Below, in pieces: positions 11,289 to 24,414 of a stretch of 64,000 nucleotides of DNA. Position numbers and translations under genes: made by a program. Source of the stretch: Eutreptiella sp. 'Long Island Sound 2002' (Eukaryota; Protista; Euglenida). The stretch spans positions 187,922,001-187,986,000 of the forward strand of contig OZ038378.1 in NCBI GenBank assembly GCA_964036045.1. Direction: 5' to 3'. The stretch's first letter is position 1. Every line of letters starts with the position of its first letter. Below the pieces are notes generated by a model. The model did no database searches and had not been told where the DNA came from. It saw only the letters and a list, made by a program, of their open reading frames with translations.

Positions 11289-13260
11289 GCACCAAATCAT
11301 GAAGTGTAGGTGCTGTGTGGCAAGGCAACTTGTGTTTCTTTTTTTTGGTCATGCATACATGGCGGTGCACCTCATGTGTAGTGATGCCTCTAGGGGACTG
11401 TGTGTATGAGACACACTGCGACCACCGCTATTAGCACCCTCCCACACAACAGTTTGCAACCCACTTCCCTCCCCATCTTAGAATGGGTAATATGGCCACG
11501 AGTGGGCCCAAGGTACCCACATGGCACTTCCATGTATTCCAACGGTTGCAGGCGTGGGTCTTTGACAAACTGCAGCACGCCCCATCTTTCGTCAGCAATT
11601 CGTCAGCGGCCCACGCACATCGTCCCACCTATTGCCGGGGCGCCGCCACAGGTAGCTAAACCTACGGCTTGCAACATTTGGAACCACGTGAGAGGTGTTC
11701 TGTCGATCCCGCTGCACTCAGAGCCACGTTTCACAGATACCGCTCCCACGGTGGAGGAACTTCGGTGGCAATTGACACAAGCAGTCACCGCCGCTGGGCG
11801 CACATGGATCCTCGAGGCCATGGCCCAGCATCGCCATGTAGCACCGCCGCGCAAACGGCCTAGAGAGCCGTTGTCGCCACCGGCACCGACACCGGCCTCA
11901 CTGTTGTGTGAGTCTCGTGAAATCCATGCCGGACCTTTTCGGGAGCAGGGAAGGCGGGCCATTCTACACGCCCAAACGCATGACCCTGTCTAGAAGAGGT
12001 GGCGCAGGCACTCGCCCGACAGGCCATCGCATGGAAGTTCCTCTTCTTGGCGCAACACCTCGAACACTTTTGCCGGCAAGTGTATTTCCTCTCTAAGGAA
12101 CCCACGGCGCGGTGGTACGTAGAGGCGCAATTGGCGGTCTACCAATTGTCCTGGTTGGCGGACTCCCGCCGACTGCGCTTCTGCCAGTGGCGCATAGCTG
12201 TCCTCCCCAAGGCGCAGTCCATGGCGTCGCGCAAGCTCGCCGCGGCATCCTCATGTTGGGAGCAAGCTCATCTTTCGCTGTCCACCAACATCCAAGTGGA
12301 CGAAGCGTCCGCGGGGCGGCATATGTCTCAATTGTACGCAGTGACCCTGACGGCCTTACGGCGGATGACTTTGTCGGACCCCTGGTGGGACGTCTGAGGG
12401 GCCACTGCACAGCGCATGAAGCACCTTGGGACGAGAACCCACCTGAGACGCACAAGAGGCGCAGAGTTGAGGCACTGGAGGTTCCCAGTGATCTCCAGGC
12501 AGGATATGGAGATCGCGCTTGAGGACATGGGCGATGTCATTGTCTTGATTGGATTGTAACACCCCCGAGAGGTCCGGGAGGACGCGCATACCCATGCAAA
12601 TGGATCGACAGGGGTGGGGCAAGGCGCAGGACTCGTTCCTACTGCCACCCTGCCGCAGCCGTCTTGGTGAGGGTAGGTCATACCTAACCCACACCCAAAG
12701 CTGGCCCTGTCACTGACCCATGACCTGCTATGTGTACTCTTGATGGACACTTGGTGGAACTTCAGTCACGAATTAAAAAAAAAGATCAAGTCGCGGTAGG
12801 CATCACTGGAGACAAAGAGGAGCTGAACGAACACCCGCTCCCAGTGTGGTAACGATACAGGCAATGCTTTGGACAAGCGGACACCGTTGATGGGAAATTG
12901 CATGGACCCTCCGGAGGCCAAAGTATGGGAAGACACTCCACCGCAAACGACGCAGGCAATGGCGGCCGAATCTGTAACAGAGGCCATTTTCTACGGGGTT
13001 GACATCAACCCTTATGATAGGGAGGCCTGCCATACCGGTTCCCAACGTGTTGATGATGGAGGCAACAAGTTGAACATTTCAACGTGGATGATGAACCAAT
13101 GCGCAACCACCGCGATGACCAACACCCAGGACAACCATCCCCGGACCACATGGGAGTTGCCAAGCGCCCACCCTATGGTTGTTGACAAGAATGATCTAAT
13201 CCATGGGAATCAATGTCATCACCAACTGTGACCACTAGTCAATTGCAACTGCAACTCAAC

Positions 13261-13320
13261 CGCTTGGCAGCCTGCCATCTCAGGGGACTACGATTGGCAG
13301 CCTGCCATCTCAGGGGACTA
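13261..13320. repeat. 30-bp tandem duplication
   Basis: CG(C/A)TTGGCAGCCTGCCATCTCAGGGGACTA x2. Confidence 0.9.
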
Positions 13321-16300
13321 CGACCAGCAGGGGACAGAATGCTGCTTACACCATCCGTCGGTGGGTACTACAACAACCGCAACTAGACGGCGCGACTGAA
13401 CCTTGAACGCATCGACCTGCTCACTTGATCTGTGGTAGATTTGTCTCGAAACCGCAGACACCAGAGCAGCAACGCACCGTAACAACTGCCACAGACAGTT
13501 GGACGGCCCTGATCCCAGATCCCCTTAGAGTGGGGCCCTTGTCACAGAATGTCATATCAATTGATTTCAATGCGCCTCCGTAGACTTGGTTCATCAGTGC
13601 TGAACGCTGATTTGCATTGCTCTCACTGCTTGTGTCTTCTTGCGCGCGAAATGCGGCTTTGTCAGAACCGCAAGAGGTGCGGTTTCTGTCATATTTGGGA
13701 ATTTTACCGCGGTTTTGGCAAGGCCGGGGCAGGGTATGATGCATGCGGTTATGGAGCTGCATTGCTTTTCCTCTGCTATCGGGACAGACCCCTTGGCCTG
13801 GAGTTATGGAACCTTACTGATTTTCCCCCGCTATGGGACCCCTGGGTGTAGGGCTTTGGGAGCCATTTTGATTTCTCTCCACTATTGGGACTCCTCGGCT
13901 TGTCGTAATGGCGCAACACTGAGGCTGAAAATGCAGTTGACACGTTGGGTACCTGAAGATTCATTATGGATTTGCCAAAGGAAAATCTGCAGTACTGCAC
14001 CCTAAATTGTATTTCATGTGTGCACAGGTCAATGGAATGACATTGCATTTTTGAGCTTCCATTCCAGTGCAAAACGCAGGATCTGGGTTTGGATGAAACA
14101 AGCTCCAGTGACATTCAGTGCACGGAGAAACGGAGAAATAATGGACCAGGAGTTCAAATACATGATCCACGCCGAATTTTACATACCGGTGGAACAAGAT
14201 CCAAAGCCGGACGACGAATGGAAGGCATCTTGATGGAATCACCTCCACCAATTCCAGAAAGAACCATGGCGCCTCACACCTCGTTTGCTTTCACCCCCTT
14301 CCGCATCTGGTTCAAATTTCGCTACTACCTCCATCAAGTGTTATTGATTTAAGATTTCTACAGGAATTCTGAATGAATGTCATGAAAATCAAAGACACGG
14401 CTGCTGCATGAGGCCGTGAACATTTTGTGGTCGCGCAATTTAGGGCGCCCGCGTGGTCCCTGGATCAGGACATGCGAGTAACTCTGGAGCCTGCGCAATA
14501 CGCTGTATACGGATAACGGCCATGCTGGCGCAAAAGGGAGGGTTACAAAGTCAAGGTTGTTGATTTTTGTGCACACCTAATTTTGATAGGGGCTTTGCAA
14601 GTGAATATCCGCCCGTTGTAGGAGTAAAAGCCCCGCAATATGTCTTTTGTGTTGACAGTTGAGATACTCTAGTGCAAACCAACTGGGACCATTGCCTTGC
14701 CAACGAATCTACACACGACGCAAGAGACCGATGAAGATACGTGTCCACGAGTAGGGGTGGATACAAACAATGAGGGGCTTTGGTTGAGGACAATGCGGAC
14801 AAGGTGCAAACCTCATGCCGACACCGTCGTCCCGGTGGTGTAGCGCACATATGGTGCGCACTATGTCCTTCCACACGTCAAGATTGTATATGGGCACTTG
14901 GGTGTTAGGTCATTGCACACTTGTTTCCGTGTGCTTTGTCGTCCTCAGGGTGTTGACCGGGTTCCGACGAACCTGGGAATGTGCAGCCTTCTAACGTGTG
15001 CCTTGCGCAAACGGAATGAAGGTGCCCCATTTCTTCTTTGGGTCCTTAACTACGGCGGGGATGTTTCTCCTCACATGGATATGCTCCAGCAAGCCACAAC
15101 GGTGCATGATGCATTCCCCATGGAAGCCACTCCGCCAACCTCGAGCTCGTCTTCCGGATACCCGTTCATACCCAAGACTCTCGATGCGGTGAAAAGTGGT
15201 CGCGTTGCAGTGGCGTACACAAGAGGTATGGAGTCGAGTTCAGGCCGATTTTTTCAACCCAACCTTGGGATTCAAAATATGCATCTTTTGACTTGAAGTT
15301 TTGGGAAGAGTGCCGGAAGTCGGAACAAAACATTGAGAGTTAAGGCATTTGTGTTCCTCTTTTGTGTTCCTCTGATCCTTCTCTCCATGATTGCACAGCT
15401 TCAATTTTGCCCAATTTGATTGCCAGATTTCGATTGGGTCAGGTATGACGTGATGAGTTCGGAAAGGCTCTCGTTGGGTCCCAAAGGCACAAGCACGAAC
15501 AGACCAATAACAAGCAACATTTCACACAAAGCCCTCGATATGGGCTGGTTATTGTTGTTTTGCAAGGGTTCGTTGCATAGCCATTTCTTAGCCGACAGCA
15601 CAAGCAAGAACTCGAAATTTACCTATCCGCCCGAGAGGCCCAGAGGCTGAGAGACAGACTAATGCGTTCCATCCCAACACCAATGCCCGCCAGGATAGGG
15701 CCGTGGGGCGCTTAAAGTGTTGCGGGCTCCTGTTTCACACCAAAGTGGCTGTGAGCCCCCATCGTGCAGAGCGCATAGCGGCGGAGGAGGGGGTGGGGGG
15801 TGGTAAATGGCCCGTGCCGTTCAGGGCTGGTGGGAGGGTGGGGCGTCCAAGTGCTGTGCCGTTCATCCCCTTTTGGCAAATTTGAGTACAAAGAACCATC
15901 GGCCGGTGATATATTGTTGTTATTGCACACGTGCGATGACAGCGAGACCTCATGCTCTAATTTTTCAAGAAGAACTCTGTCATCATTGGTTGCTTACATG
16001 CCACAACCACATCACCGGTTGCACTTTGAACCTTTTTTTTTTGGCAAGTTGTTTCATGGTGGACCTTTTCAGGTGTTGGAACAGGGACTGGCTTGTGCTG
16101 TGCTGTGCTGGGGGGGGGGGGGGGCGGCGGGGGGGGGGGGGAAGGGGGTCGAGCCCTTATGCCACGGAATGTGCGCTGCACATCCGAAGCCACTGGACAT
16201 AAGGTATGCTCCCACATTTACCAAAGGTCCTTGTAAAGTGATAAATGTTGCTGATGATTGACAGAGGGCATAGGGCATAGGGCAATAGGGCAATCGTTAG

Positions 16301-16386
16301 TTGAGAGTTGAAGGTGAGGGACAACCATCTCAAAATGAGTCCCGAGGCATACGCTCCTTCTTCCAACCGACCCACGTTGGCCACAC

Positions 16387-19350
16387 TGCACATTTTACAC
16401 CAGGCACTCCGCACACTCATGGACACTTCGCATTTTGCATGTTACATGCTATGCACTGTGCACACCGCGCCATAAGTCTGGCACATTACACGCGGCACAC
16501 TCTGCACACTGCACACCCTTACCACTGCATATTGCAAGTTGAACTCAGCACCCTGTGCACTGCACATTCTGCACATTCTGCACACAGCGCAGTCAGCACT
16601 ATGCCTAAGTACCTACTTCTTGTGTTGCTAATTTAGACCACCAATGCCCTGAACCACATTGCATGCCCCTTTGGCTCCTCATTACTAAGCCACCCCTAAA
16701 ATGTTCTGGACGCTATTACACTTCCCGCTCTAAAGGGGAGTTCAATCCCCACAACCGCCCGCCACTAAGAATTTTGTACATATGTTTGATGCCCGGACTA
16801 GACACACAAGGTGTGCGTCCCTCTCTCCCTCCATCCCGTTGCAGAACCTGATTTTCCTCCATGACATCTGAAGAGGCATCGATGAGTTGGGCAACGATAA
16901 AGCATCCAGGCACAATTGTTTTTCCTTCTTCCTCTTGTCGTGGAATAAGAGTTGAGGACGGAAACCGTATCTCTCGGGGACATTCATAACCTGCCAACTT
17001 TCTGGGTTTTGGCACTTTTCGGCACTTTCTACAACTTTTGCTTCCGTGTGCAAACATGTCGTCACCTGGGGAGGGGGGGATGTGTATACTTTTTGAAACT
17101 TTCTGCAAGAAAACGCCGTTTCAGAAGTGTATGGGTTTGGGGGGGAGGGGTTGACATTTTTCAGCGCAGCACAACACATGGGACGGTGCACACAAACACG
17201 GCACTGCACCGTTTATCCATTTTTATGCAGAATCACTGTCACTGTCAGCATTGCTTTTTTCAGGCAGGGCGGTGACCCCATTAGGGCAGACATCCCCCTG
17301 TTTGTGGACAGGGACATATTTCTTCAATTTTTGCCAATCCTGCAACCTCCGTGCTTTCACTGGCACCCAACCCTCGTTAAGGGGCATGGCCCACAGACCA
17401 TCAGCTGTGAGGTTCACGTTTCGTTGTTTGATCATTGTTTGATTTTGTTTGATGGTTTTTTTGCCCAGGCAACGTGCTCCGCTCGAGTCACCCGCACCCA
17501 CTGTGCACCTCCGGAGCGAGCCCTTTTGCGCGACAAAGGCTTTTGTGGTGCGTCCGGGGAAGCAACAGCCCGTGGCGTGAATTTGTATGAAGACATGGCA
17601 GCTGCCTGTTAACAAAAAGAGGCAGCAAGCAACTCATGCACCGTCCGAAACGGACGAAAATCTCAGACATGTCGTCAGTCCAGCAAGCAGACCTGGGTGT
17701 TCCAAATAGCCCTTTTCAAGGGCTTTCCGGATATACCCACATACCCCTACCTCCCGAACACTCAGTTGGCAGAAATGAGGCAACAAGGTCAGCAACCCGC
17801 GAAAACCCAGAAAGTTGGCGGGAAATCCGTTGTCCCCGAGAGATATGCTACATTCACTGAGTTGGGGTAGCGAGTCATATTTGGGCACCCCGTTTACGGT
17901 CTAGGGGGGACCCACCCGTTGTAGCAACAACCTCTACAAGGAGCAAGCAAGCAGCAAGAACGGGCAAAGTGCCAAAAAATCAGAATTCGGTCTTGGTGGT
18001 ATGCATCCTAAGCACCCGATATGATGGAAATACTTTGACTCAGTTTTTGTTATCCTTGCGACCCACACGCCAAAACAGCCAAAACAAAAACCACTGAAAA
18101 TGAGCCGAAATGCCTGGTTTTTTTGAAGATTCACCCACTGATGGCCATTTTGAATGGGCTGTATTGCCTTGAGGAATCTCATGGCATGAATGCTCATGAA
18201 TCGGCAATTCGGCAAGCCTCTGTGGTGCGCTCGGGCAGGGTCATCAGGGGTTCAAAAATGAGTCAAATCAGACTTTTTCCAAAGTCCATGGTATGGCTTT
18301 ATTCTTGTGTGTTTGCTGTAATCCTTGCTGTTGGACAAATGTGATCGTTTTTTTCATGCCCGCAAGTGTATACAAGACCCATTCATTTGCATTTATGGTT
18401 CAGCCGCCCAGCCACTGCCGGTGCCACACTACCACAACTATTGGAGTGAAGTATCACGCGGGTGTAAAAACAAAGAAATTGTGAAAAAATGTAAATGTTT
18501 TTTTTTCGAGTTTCACGCGAGTCACGTGACATCCCAAAAAAATATACAATTACCACAATGCACATTTTACACCAGGCACTCCGCACACTCATGGATACTT
18601 TGCACTTCGCACGTTACATGCTATGCACTGTGCGCACCGTGCCATACGTCTGGCACATTACACACGGCACACTCCGCACACTACACACCCTTACCCCTGC
18701 ATATTGCAAGTTGAACTCAGCACCCTGTGCACTGCACATTCTGCACGCGGCGCAATGCCTAAGTACCTACTTCTTGTGTTGCTATTTTTGACCACCAATG
18801 CCCTGAACCACATTGCATGCCCCTTTGGCTCCTCATTACTAAGCCACCCCTAAAATGTTCTGGACGCTATTGCACTTCCCGCTCTAAAGGGGAGTTCAAT
18901 CCCCACAACCGCCCGCCACTAAGAATTTTGTACATATGTTTGATGCCCGGACTAGACACACAAGGTGTGCGTCCCTCTCTCCCTCCATCCCGTTGCAGAA
19001 CCTGATTTTCCTCCATGACATCTGAAGAGGCATCGATGAGTTGGGCAACGATAAAGCATCCAGGCACAATTGTTTTTCCTTCTTCCTCTTGTCGTGGAAT
19101 AAGAGTTGAGGATGGAAACCGTTACAACATATGCTACATTCACTGAGTTGGGGTAGCGAGTCATATTTGGGCACCCCGTTTACGGTCTAGGGGGGACCCA
19201 CCCGTTGTAGCAACAACCTCTACAAGGAGCAAGCAAGCAAGCAGCAAGAACGGGCAAAGTGCCAAAAAATCAGAATTCGGTCTTGGTGGTATGCATCCTA
19301 AGCACCCGATATGATGGAAATACTTTGACTCAGTTTTTGGTATCCTTGTG
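16387..19350 (+). repeat. About 790-bp direct repeat pair (16387-18060, containing an insertion, and 18559-19350)
   Basis: 16387-16968 matches 18559-19122, and 17843-18060 matches 19129-19350; about 500 bp of unique spacer (18061-18558). Confidence 0.85.
16970..17843. mobile_element. MITE-like insertion with about 45-bp imperfect TIRs and a 2-bp TSD (TA or AT)
   Basis: Ends TCTCTCGGGGACA...CCAACTTTCTGGGTTTT / AAAACCCAGAAAGTTGG...TGTCCCCGAGAGA; present in the first repeat copy and absent from the second. Confidence 0.8.
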
Positions 19351-19761
19351 AGGTTGTGGCCTTGCCAAATCCAAGTTTTGAGCTAGAAACTCACCGGAGG
19401 CGCCCCGGGGCGGGGGCGCCAAGTCAGGAGGTGCCCTCCCAAAGCTGCGCATTTTGTGCCCCAAAACAGCTCCGGTACCCAATCAAAATGGACAAAGCCA
19501 AGGAAACGGTTGCTACACTCCACGTGCGCCTTCATTGCCCGTGACAAAGAGCCTTTTCTTGCCCTCTAACTCCGCGATATGTCTGAGAAACGGTCCAAGA
19601 ATGGCCAAAAATGGCCCCAATTGTGCGTATTTTGTGTCAACAAGCCCCACTTGGTAGAGCTGAAGGGCGGCCCGGGCCGCGGGATGGGGGCCAACGGTGG
19701 GTACACCAGGGTCCCCGGGGCGAAGAAAAATCATTTTTCCAAGGTTGTTGCCAGACAACTT

Positions 19762-20105
19762 GGGATGCTCAAACAAGTGTTTTTAGCCCGTTTTGAGCCC
19801 ATGGCGACGCCTTTTGGCCCATGGAAAATCCCAAAATGCATTGAAAATGGGCCGTTTTGGGACCAAAAATGGGTCAAAAATTGGTCAAAAACGTGTTTTT
19901 CCGAAATTGATCCTGGACCATTCGGGATGCTCAAAGAAGTGTTTTTAGCCCGTTTTGAGCCTGTGGTGATGCGTTTTGGCCCATGGAAAATCCCAAAAGG
20001 CCTTGAAAAGGGGCCATTTTGGGAGCAAAAATGCGTGCAAAATGGGTCAAAAACTCGTTCTACCAAAAGTGACCCTGGACCATTGGGGGTGCACAAACAA
20101 GTGAA
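19762..20105 (+). repeat. 162-bp tandem repeat (about 2.1 units)
   Basis: GGGATGCTCAAA.AAGTGTTTTTAGCCCGTTTTGAGCC recurs at 19762 and 19924; a third partial unit begins near 20086. Confidence 0.85.
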
Positions 20106-20124
20106 ATGAGCCTATTTTCAGCCC

Positions 20125-23100
20125 ATGTTGACCGAGTTTAGCCCCTTCCGCCACATGTATGCACAAAGTTGCACCCTTCGCACGTACCTTAGGGACGAGG
20201 GGTGTAGATTAGAGGATATATACGAGGGAGTGCCGCCCTTGCCTCAAGTGCCGTGGCACCATGATGCTCTCTCGGCAGCTGTCTTGGCCACAGAGGACAC
20301 GCTTTCTCAAGTGGTTGATCGGATGTGCCATGTGCAAAAGTCAGTGTGTTTGCGGGAGCTTCATGTGGTACCCTTGTGCTCCACGGATAGCCCGCTGTAC
20401 GAAGGAGGTGCGTTCATGAAGGAGAAGGCCCCCTGGGCGTGGATTGAAATTGCTAAGCTGAGCCGCCCCCTATCTAGGGTGGGGGGCAGGTTCTTTTATG
20501 CCTGGCACCTGCGTACAGCGGCGGCCCACTATGCGCTACCCTTGCCGCCGAAGACTTTGCTGAAAACCCGGCCGTTGCTGGCGCCTCGGACTGCGCCGGC
20601 TTCTCTGTGTTTGTTCCTGTTCGACCGCCAGCTGAGCTGTGGGCCGTGGCGCTTCCCACTACGCAAGTGGATGATCTGCTTAAGACGGTACAAGTGCCCT
20701 ATGAGAAAGTCCAGCTGCTACAGGGGCCTTCGGGCCACTCAGACACTCAATGGGCACTACTGCCTGACGTATCTGAGGAGCGGTGCCAAGAGGTCCAGCA
20801 GAAGTATTACACAGAGCCCTACACAGCGTTCGTGCCATACGGTGTTTCAAGGGCCACATGGATGGAGCATCCACGGTTGCGGAGGCGTGGCTCCGCAAAA
20901 AGAAGCGCACGCCTGGTGCGATGGCTTCCCTATGGTGCACAGTGGATTTCAAGTGCAAGTCGCTTGCTTATGCGTTCACCGTGCTTCCGGATGTGCAATG
21001 GGATGCGCCGGCCAAGCTGCGCATTGCTCTATGGTTGCAAGATGACGCGGCCACGTTCATTGTAAAGGTAGTGCCTCAGTTGTTGCCGGTGGGCTTGTCG
21101 CTCACGGACAAGCGAACTGGCACCTGGATTGATGAACGCGAAGTAATGTCAGAGCGGGTCCTTTACCTACACTGTGTCTAGCTCTGCCCACAAGGCAGCC
21201 CTTGACAGTGCAGCCGAGCCGATTGTGCTTGTAGACATGCCGGACCACGTGCTCAAGGCGGATGTGGAGGCGGTGGTCCGACACGCCTTAGCGGCCAAAT
21301 TTGTGCCGGGAGCCTCGGATGCAGCGCTCCAGGCTAAGAAGCTCGACTAGACCATGGGTAATGTGCGCCTGCATTTGTGGCAGGTCTCAGGTCCGGCTAA
21401 TCTTACTACGGGGCTCCACGGGGCGATGCTGGATGTGTCTGTTCCCGGCCCCCATGGGGGAGTTTAGCAGGTAGTAGTGTACTCAATGAAGGAGTATATG
21501 TCTGCGTGTGCATCGTGGCGAAAAGGTCGTGTTAGTACCCCCCCCCCCCCCCAAGCCGGCCCCCGAGTCCCAAGCGAGTAGGGGAGGTGGGGGGGGGGCT
21601 TACGGCAGCATGGCTCCAGAAGCATGCGGAGGATCCGTCGTCCATTGATTGGGCGAAGGTTTCTTCTAAGGGTCGCCGAGAGAACCCTATGTCGTCATGA
21701 ATCCCCAGCCATTAGATGCTCCCTTACGGGACAGTCCTGTGCATCTGTTCACTAATTTTGCCGTGGCCACCTGCAATCTGGCGGGATGGAACAGTGTCCT
21801 TGGCCCTGAGCGTACACAGGCTCGCAGCCGCCTGCCTCGCTATAGTTATGCCTTCAAAATGTTCAAGCGGCACCACTTGTCCGTGGTTGGGGTCCTGGAA
21901 CATCATTTGCCTGATGCTGCAGCCCTGAAAACAGCGGCTATAAATTTGTTGGTCTACCTTCACCTGAACTCAAGTCACGGGTTTGCGTGCTTTATAAACC
22001 TACTTGGGAGCTGGTCTCCTCCACTCTGCTGTTGCGTTGTCTACTCTGTGTTGTTTTGAAACATCCTGGCGATTGTCCTGTAGCGTTTCTTGTTGGCCAT
22101 TTCTATAATGGCCCTACAGAACGCATGCAGCAGTGGCAAGCACTGCAGGAGGAGGCACATCGACTCCGTGACCTGCCTGTCGTCCTGCTTGCTGGCCATA
22201 ACTCCATTCTCACCCATCTGGACTCCATCAGGGCGAACATCTGGTCTCTCCAGGTGCTCAGTGCTATGGATGCCGAACAGGCCTGCCTTTAGGCACTGGG
22301 ACTGTATGATACGTGGGCGCATCAGTTCGCTGAACGGGACTTTCTAGGGCCGGGGTCCTGCGCCGGGGTGAGGATGGGCACGACGTGACGGTGTCACGCC
22401 GGATTGATCGTATCTCGGTCTCCAAGGGTCCGGTGGGGTATGCCTCTGCCATGTTTACCACCCCGGCGGGCTTCAGTGATCACAATGCGGTGGTGCTTCA
22501 GTTTATAGGGATGGGAATGGACGGGGTCCAGCCTGTTCGCTGGAAGTTCCCTCTTGATGCGCTCCAGCATGAAGACACGGTTGAATGGATTCGCCTTGAG
22601 CTGCAGTCTATCCATGATAGTCGGTCTCGCGGCTTGGAGGCATTTGCGCGCTGTCAAGGGGTGCTGCGGGATGCGACGCCTGCATATATGTATCTGAAGG
22701 GTATCCTACGCCGCTCCTCCCTGGAGTATGTCCCGTTAGCGGGCTTTGCAGCCCTGCGGGAAGAGGGCCAGAGACCCACCACAATGCGGGACGCCTACGC
22801 GTCCTTAGTTCGACTAGTCTCTATGTATCGGGGGGTGGAGCAAATTGAGCGTGCTTACACCCGGGTGCCTGAAGTGCTCCAGTATAGACATCACATGCAG
22901 GAGGCTCGCAAATGGCACTCCAAGGCGCTCCATCGCCTGATGCACCAGACAGAGGAGTCGCGTGTGTATGCGGCGCTGCGTGCGCGCTCAGGGCATATGC
23001 TACAGGATTGGAGGATCCGTCGCCGGCGAGCTAGTGTCCTATTGGGGCTTAGTGATGGTCGGGGGGAGGGAGTCGGAGGAGGAGTGTGCGGAGTGGCTGA

Positions 23101-23250
23101 GTGCCCGTCGGCTGCCTGCGCAGTGGCGCACAGCGGTCCCACTGCTGTGGAAAGCCTGCTCGCCAGCCCTTGTTGAGGCGGCACTCCAACAGATGGACCC
23201 CACGTCGTCCCCGGGCAATGATGGGATACAGGCAGCTGTGGGTACACTCG
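20125..23250 (+). mobile_element. Degenerate L1/Tx1-like LINE: ORF1 remnants, APE endonuclease and the start of RT; 3'-truncated
   Basis: Across frameshifts: ATCNLAG, VVGVLEHHL, LVGHFYN, VVLLAGHNSI, RRIDRI and FSDHNAV (APE motifs I-VII, 21697-22500), then RWKFP and QMDPTSSPGNDGI (pre-RT motif, about 23190-23230). Boundaries approximate. Confidence 0.8.
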
Positions 23251-23317
23251 CGCTGATTCCCTGTTCGCAGAGGTGCCGTTGAGGCATGCCCCCAGCACCT
23301 ACTCGACTCATGCCTAG

Positions 23318-24414
23318 GTTTGCATGTTCACCTGGAGACTCAGTATGCCGCGGCCCTCCACAAGCACGGCATCTCGTTTGGCACGCTGCTCCTGTATGTC
23401 CCCCTGGCGACTGTGGCAAAGCGTGGCATGGTGGAGTGCGTGGAATATGGAGTCAGTTTCCGTGGAGCTGCTGCGCCTACACAACACAGCCTCGAGTTCG
23501 TCAGTCCCAAGAACTTAGAGGACGCCGTTGCAGCGGTCGACATCGATGCGGAGTGGGAGCCCTTGCAGGCCCGTGCGTCGCTGCTGAACTTCCTGCAGGA
23601 AGCCCTAGGCCTCACAAGGCACCCGCAGGGGGTGTACATCGAGGCGGCCCGCGCCGTGGATGCAGTGTGTGACGTGTCGCAGACGTCGCCCGCGCGCTTC
23701 CGGCGCCAAGTCCTGCGGCACCTCCGCGCCGCAAAGCTGGGGCGCCCTGCGCGCGACGCCGGCCCTCATCCGACCCCTTCCGCTGATCCGTCCCCTGACC
23801 TCGCGCCCATCGCGTACCGCTTCGGCCCTCACCTCTCGCCTTCGGCCGTGGCCGCCCTGTGCGGCGGCCTGTCCGTCCCGGGCCACGCCGTCGGGCTGCA
23901 CCCGGCGCGCGTGCGACAGGCCGAGACGTCCGGCCACGGGGACGCCGTGCTCTGCCAGAACGTGCTGCTGCTGCCGCAGGCGGTGCGCCGGCTCGGCGTC
24001 TCCGGCCTCTTCCGGGACTCGAAGGAGCTGGTCGACCGCCCGCTCCTGAACCCACCGAGCGTCGTCCTGGTCCGGCTGCACGCGCTGGGGCCCCGCCCCG
24101 CACGCCGCGCGCTCGCGCAGTTCGTTGCTGCGGAGTTCGGGGCGCCCGGGTCCGACCTCGTGCGGCACTCCCCGGCGGACTTTGCAGCGGAGCCTCCGTT
24201 TTTGGCCGCCCTGCGGCCCGACCCCGGGCTCCGGGCCTTCGCCGCGGGGGTGCACGGGCTCTGGGGGACGACGGCGTACCGCGTGGCCTCTGACGTCCGT
24301 GCCAACCCCTGTCAACACACGCTCCTGTCCGTACCCGCGCCCTTCTTTGTGCCGGGGGGCCGGTTCCGGGAGATGTACTACTGGGACAGCTGCTTCATCA
24401 TCCAGGGCCTGCTG
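23318..24414 (+). CDS. TREH: Trehalase (GH37), first visible exon, including a long N-terminal extension
   Basis: LFRDSKELVDRPL and VPAPFFVPGGRFREMYYWDSCFIIQGLL; donor GT at 24415. The 5' boundary is uncertain (AG at 23316-17, or first in-frame ATG at about 23428). Confidence 0.85.

Noticed and set aside
13400-16260. Scattered short ORFs on both strands
   Set aside because: Many stops and no assignable family; probably old decayed elements.
19579-20109. 176-aa ORF with an internal repeat
   Set aside because: Translation of the 162-bp tandem repeat; no domain features.
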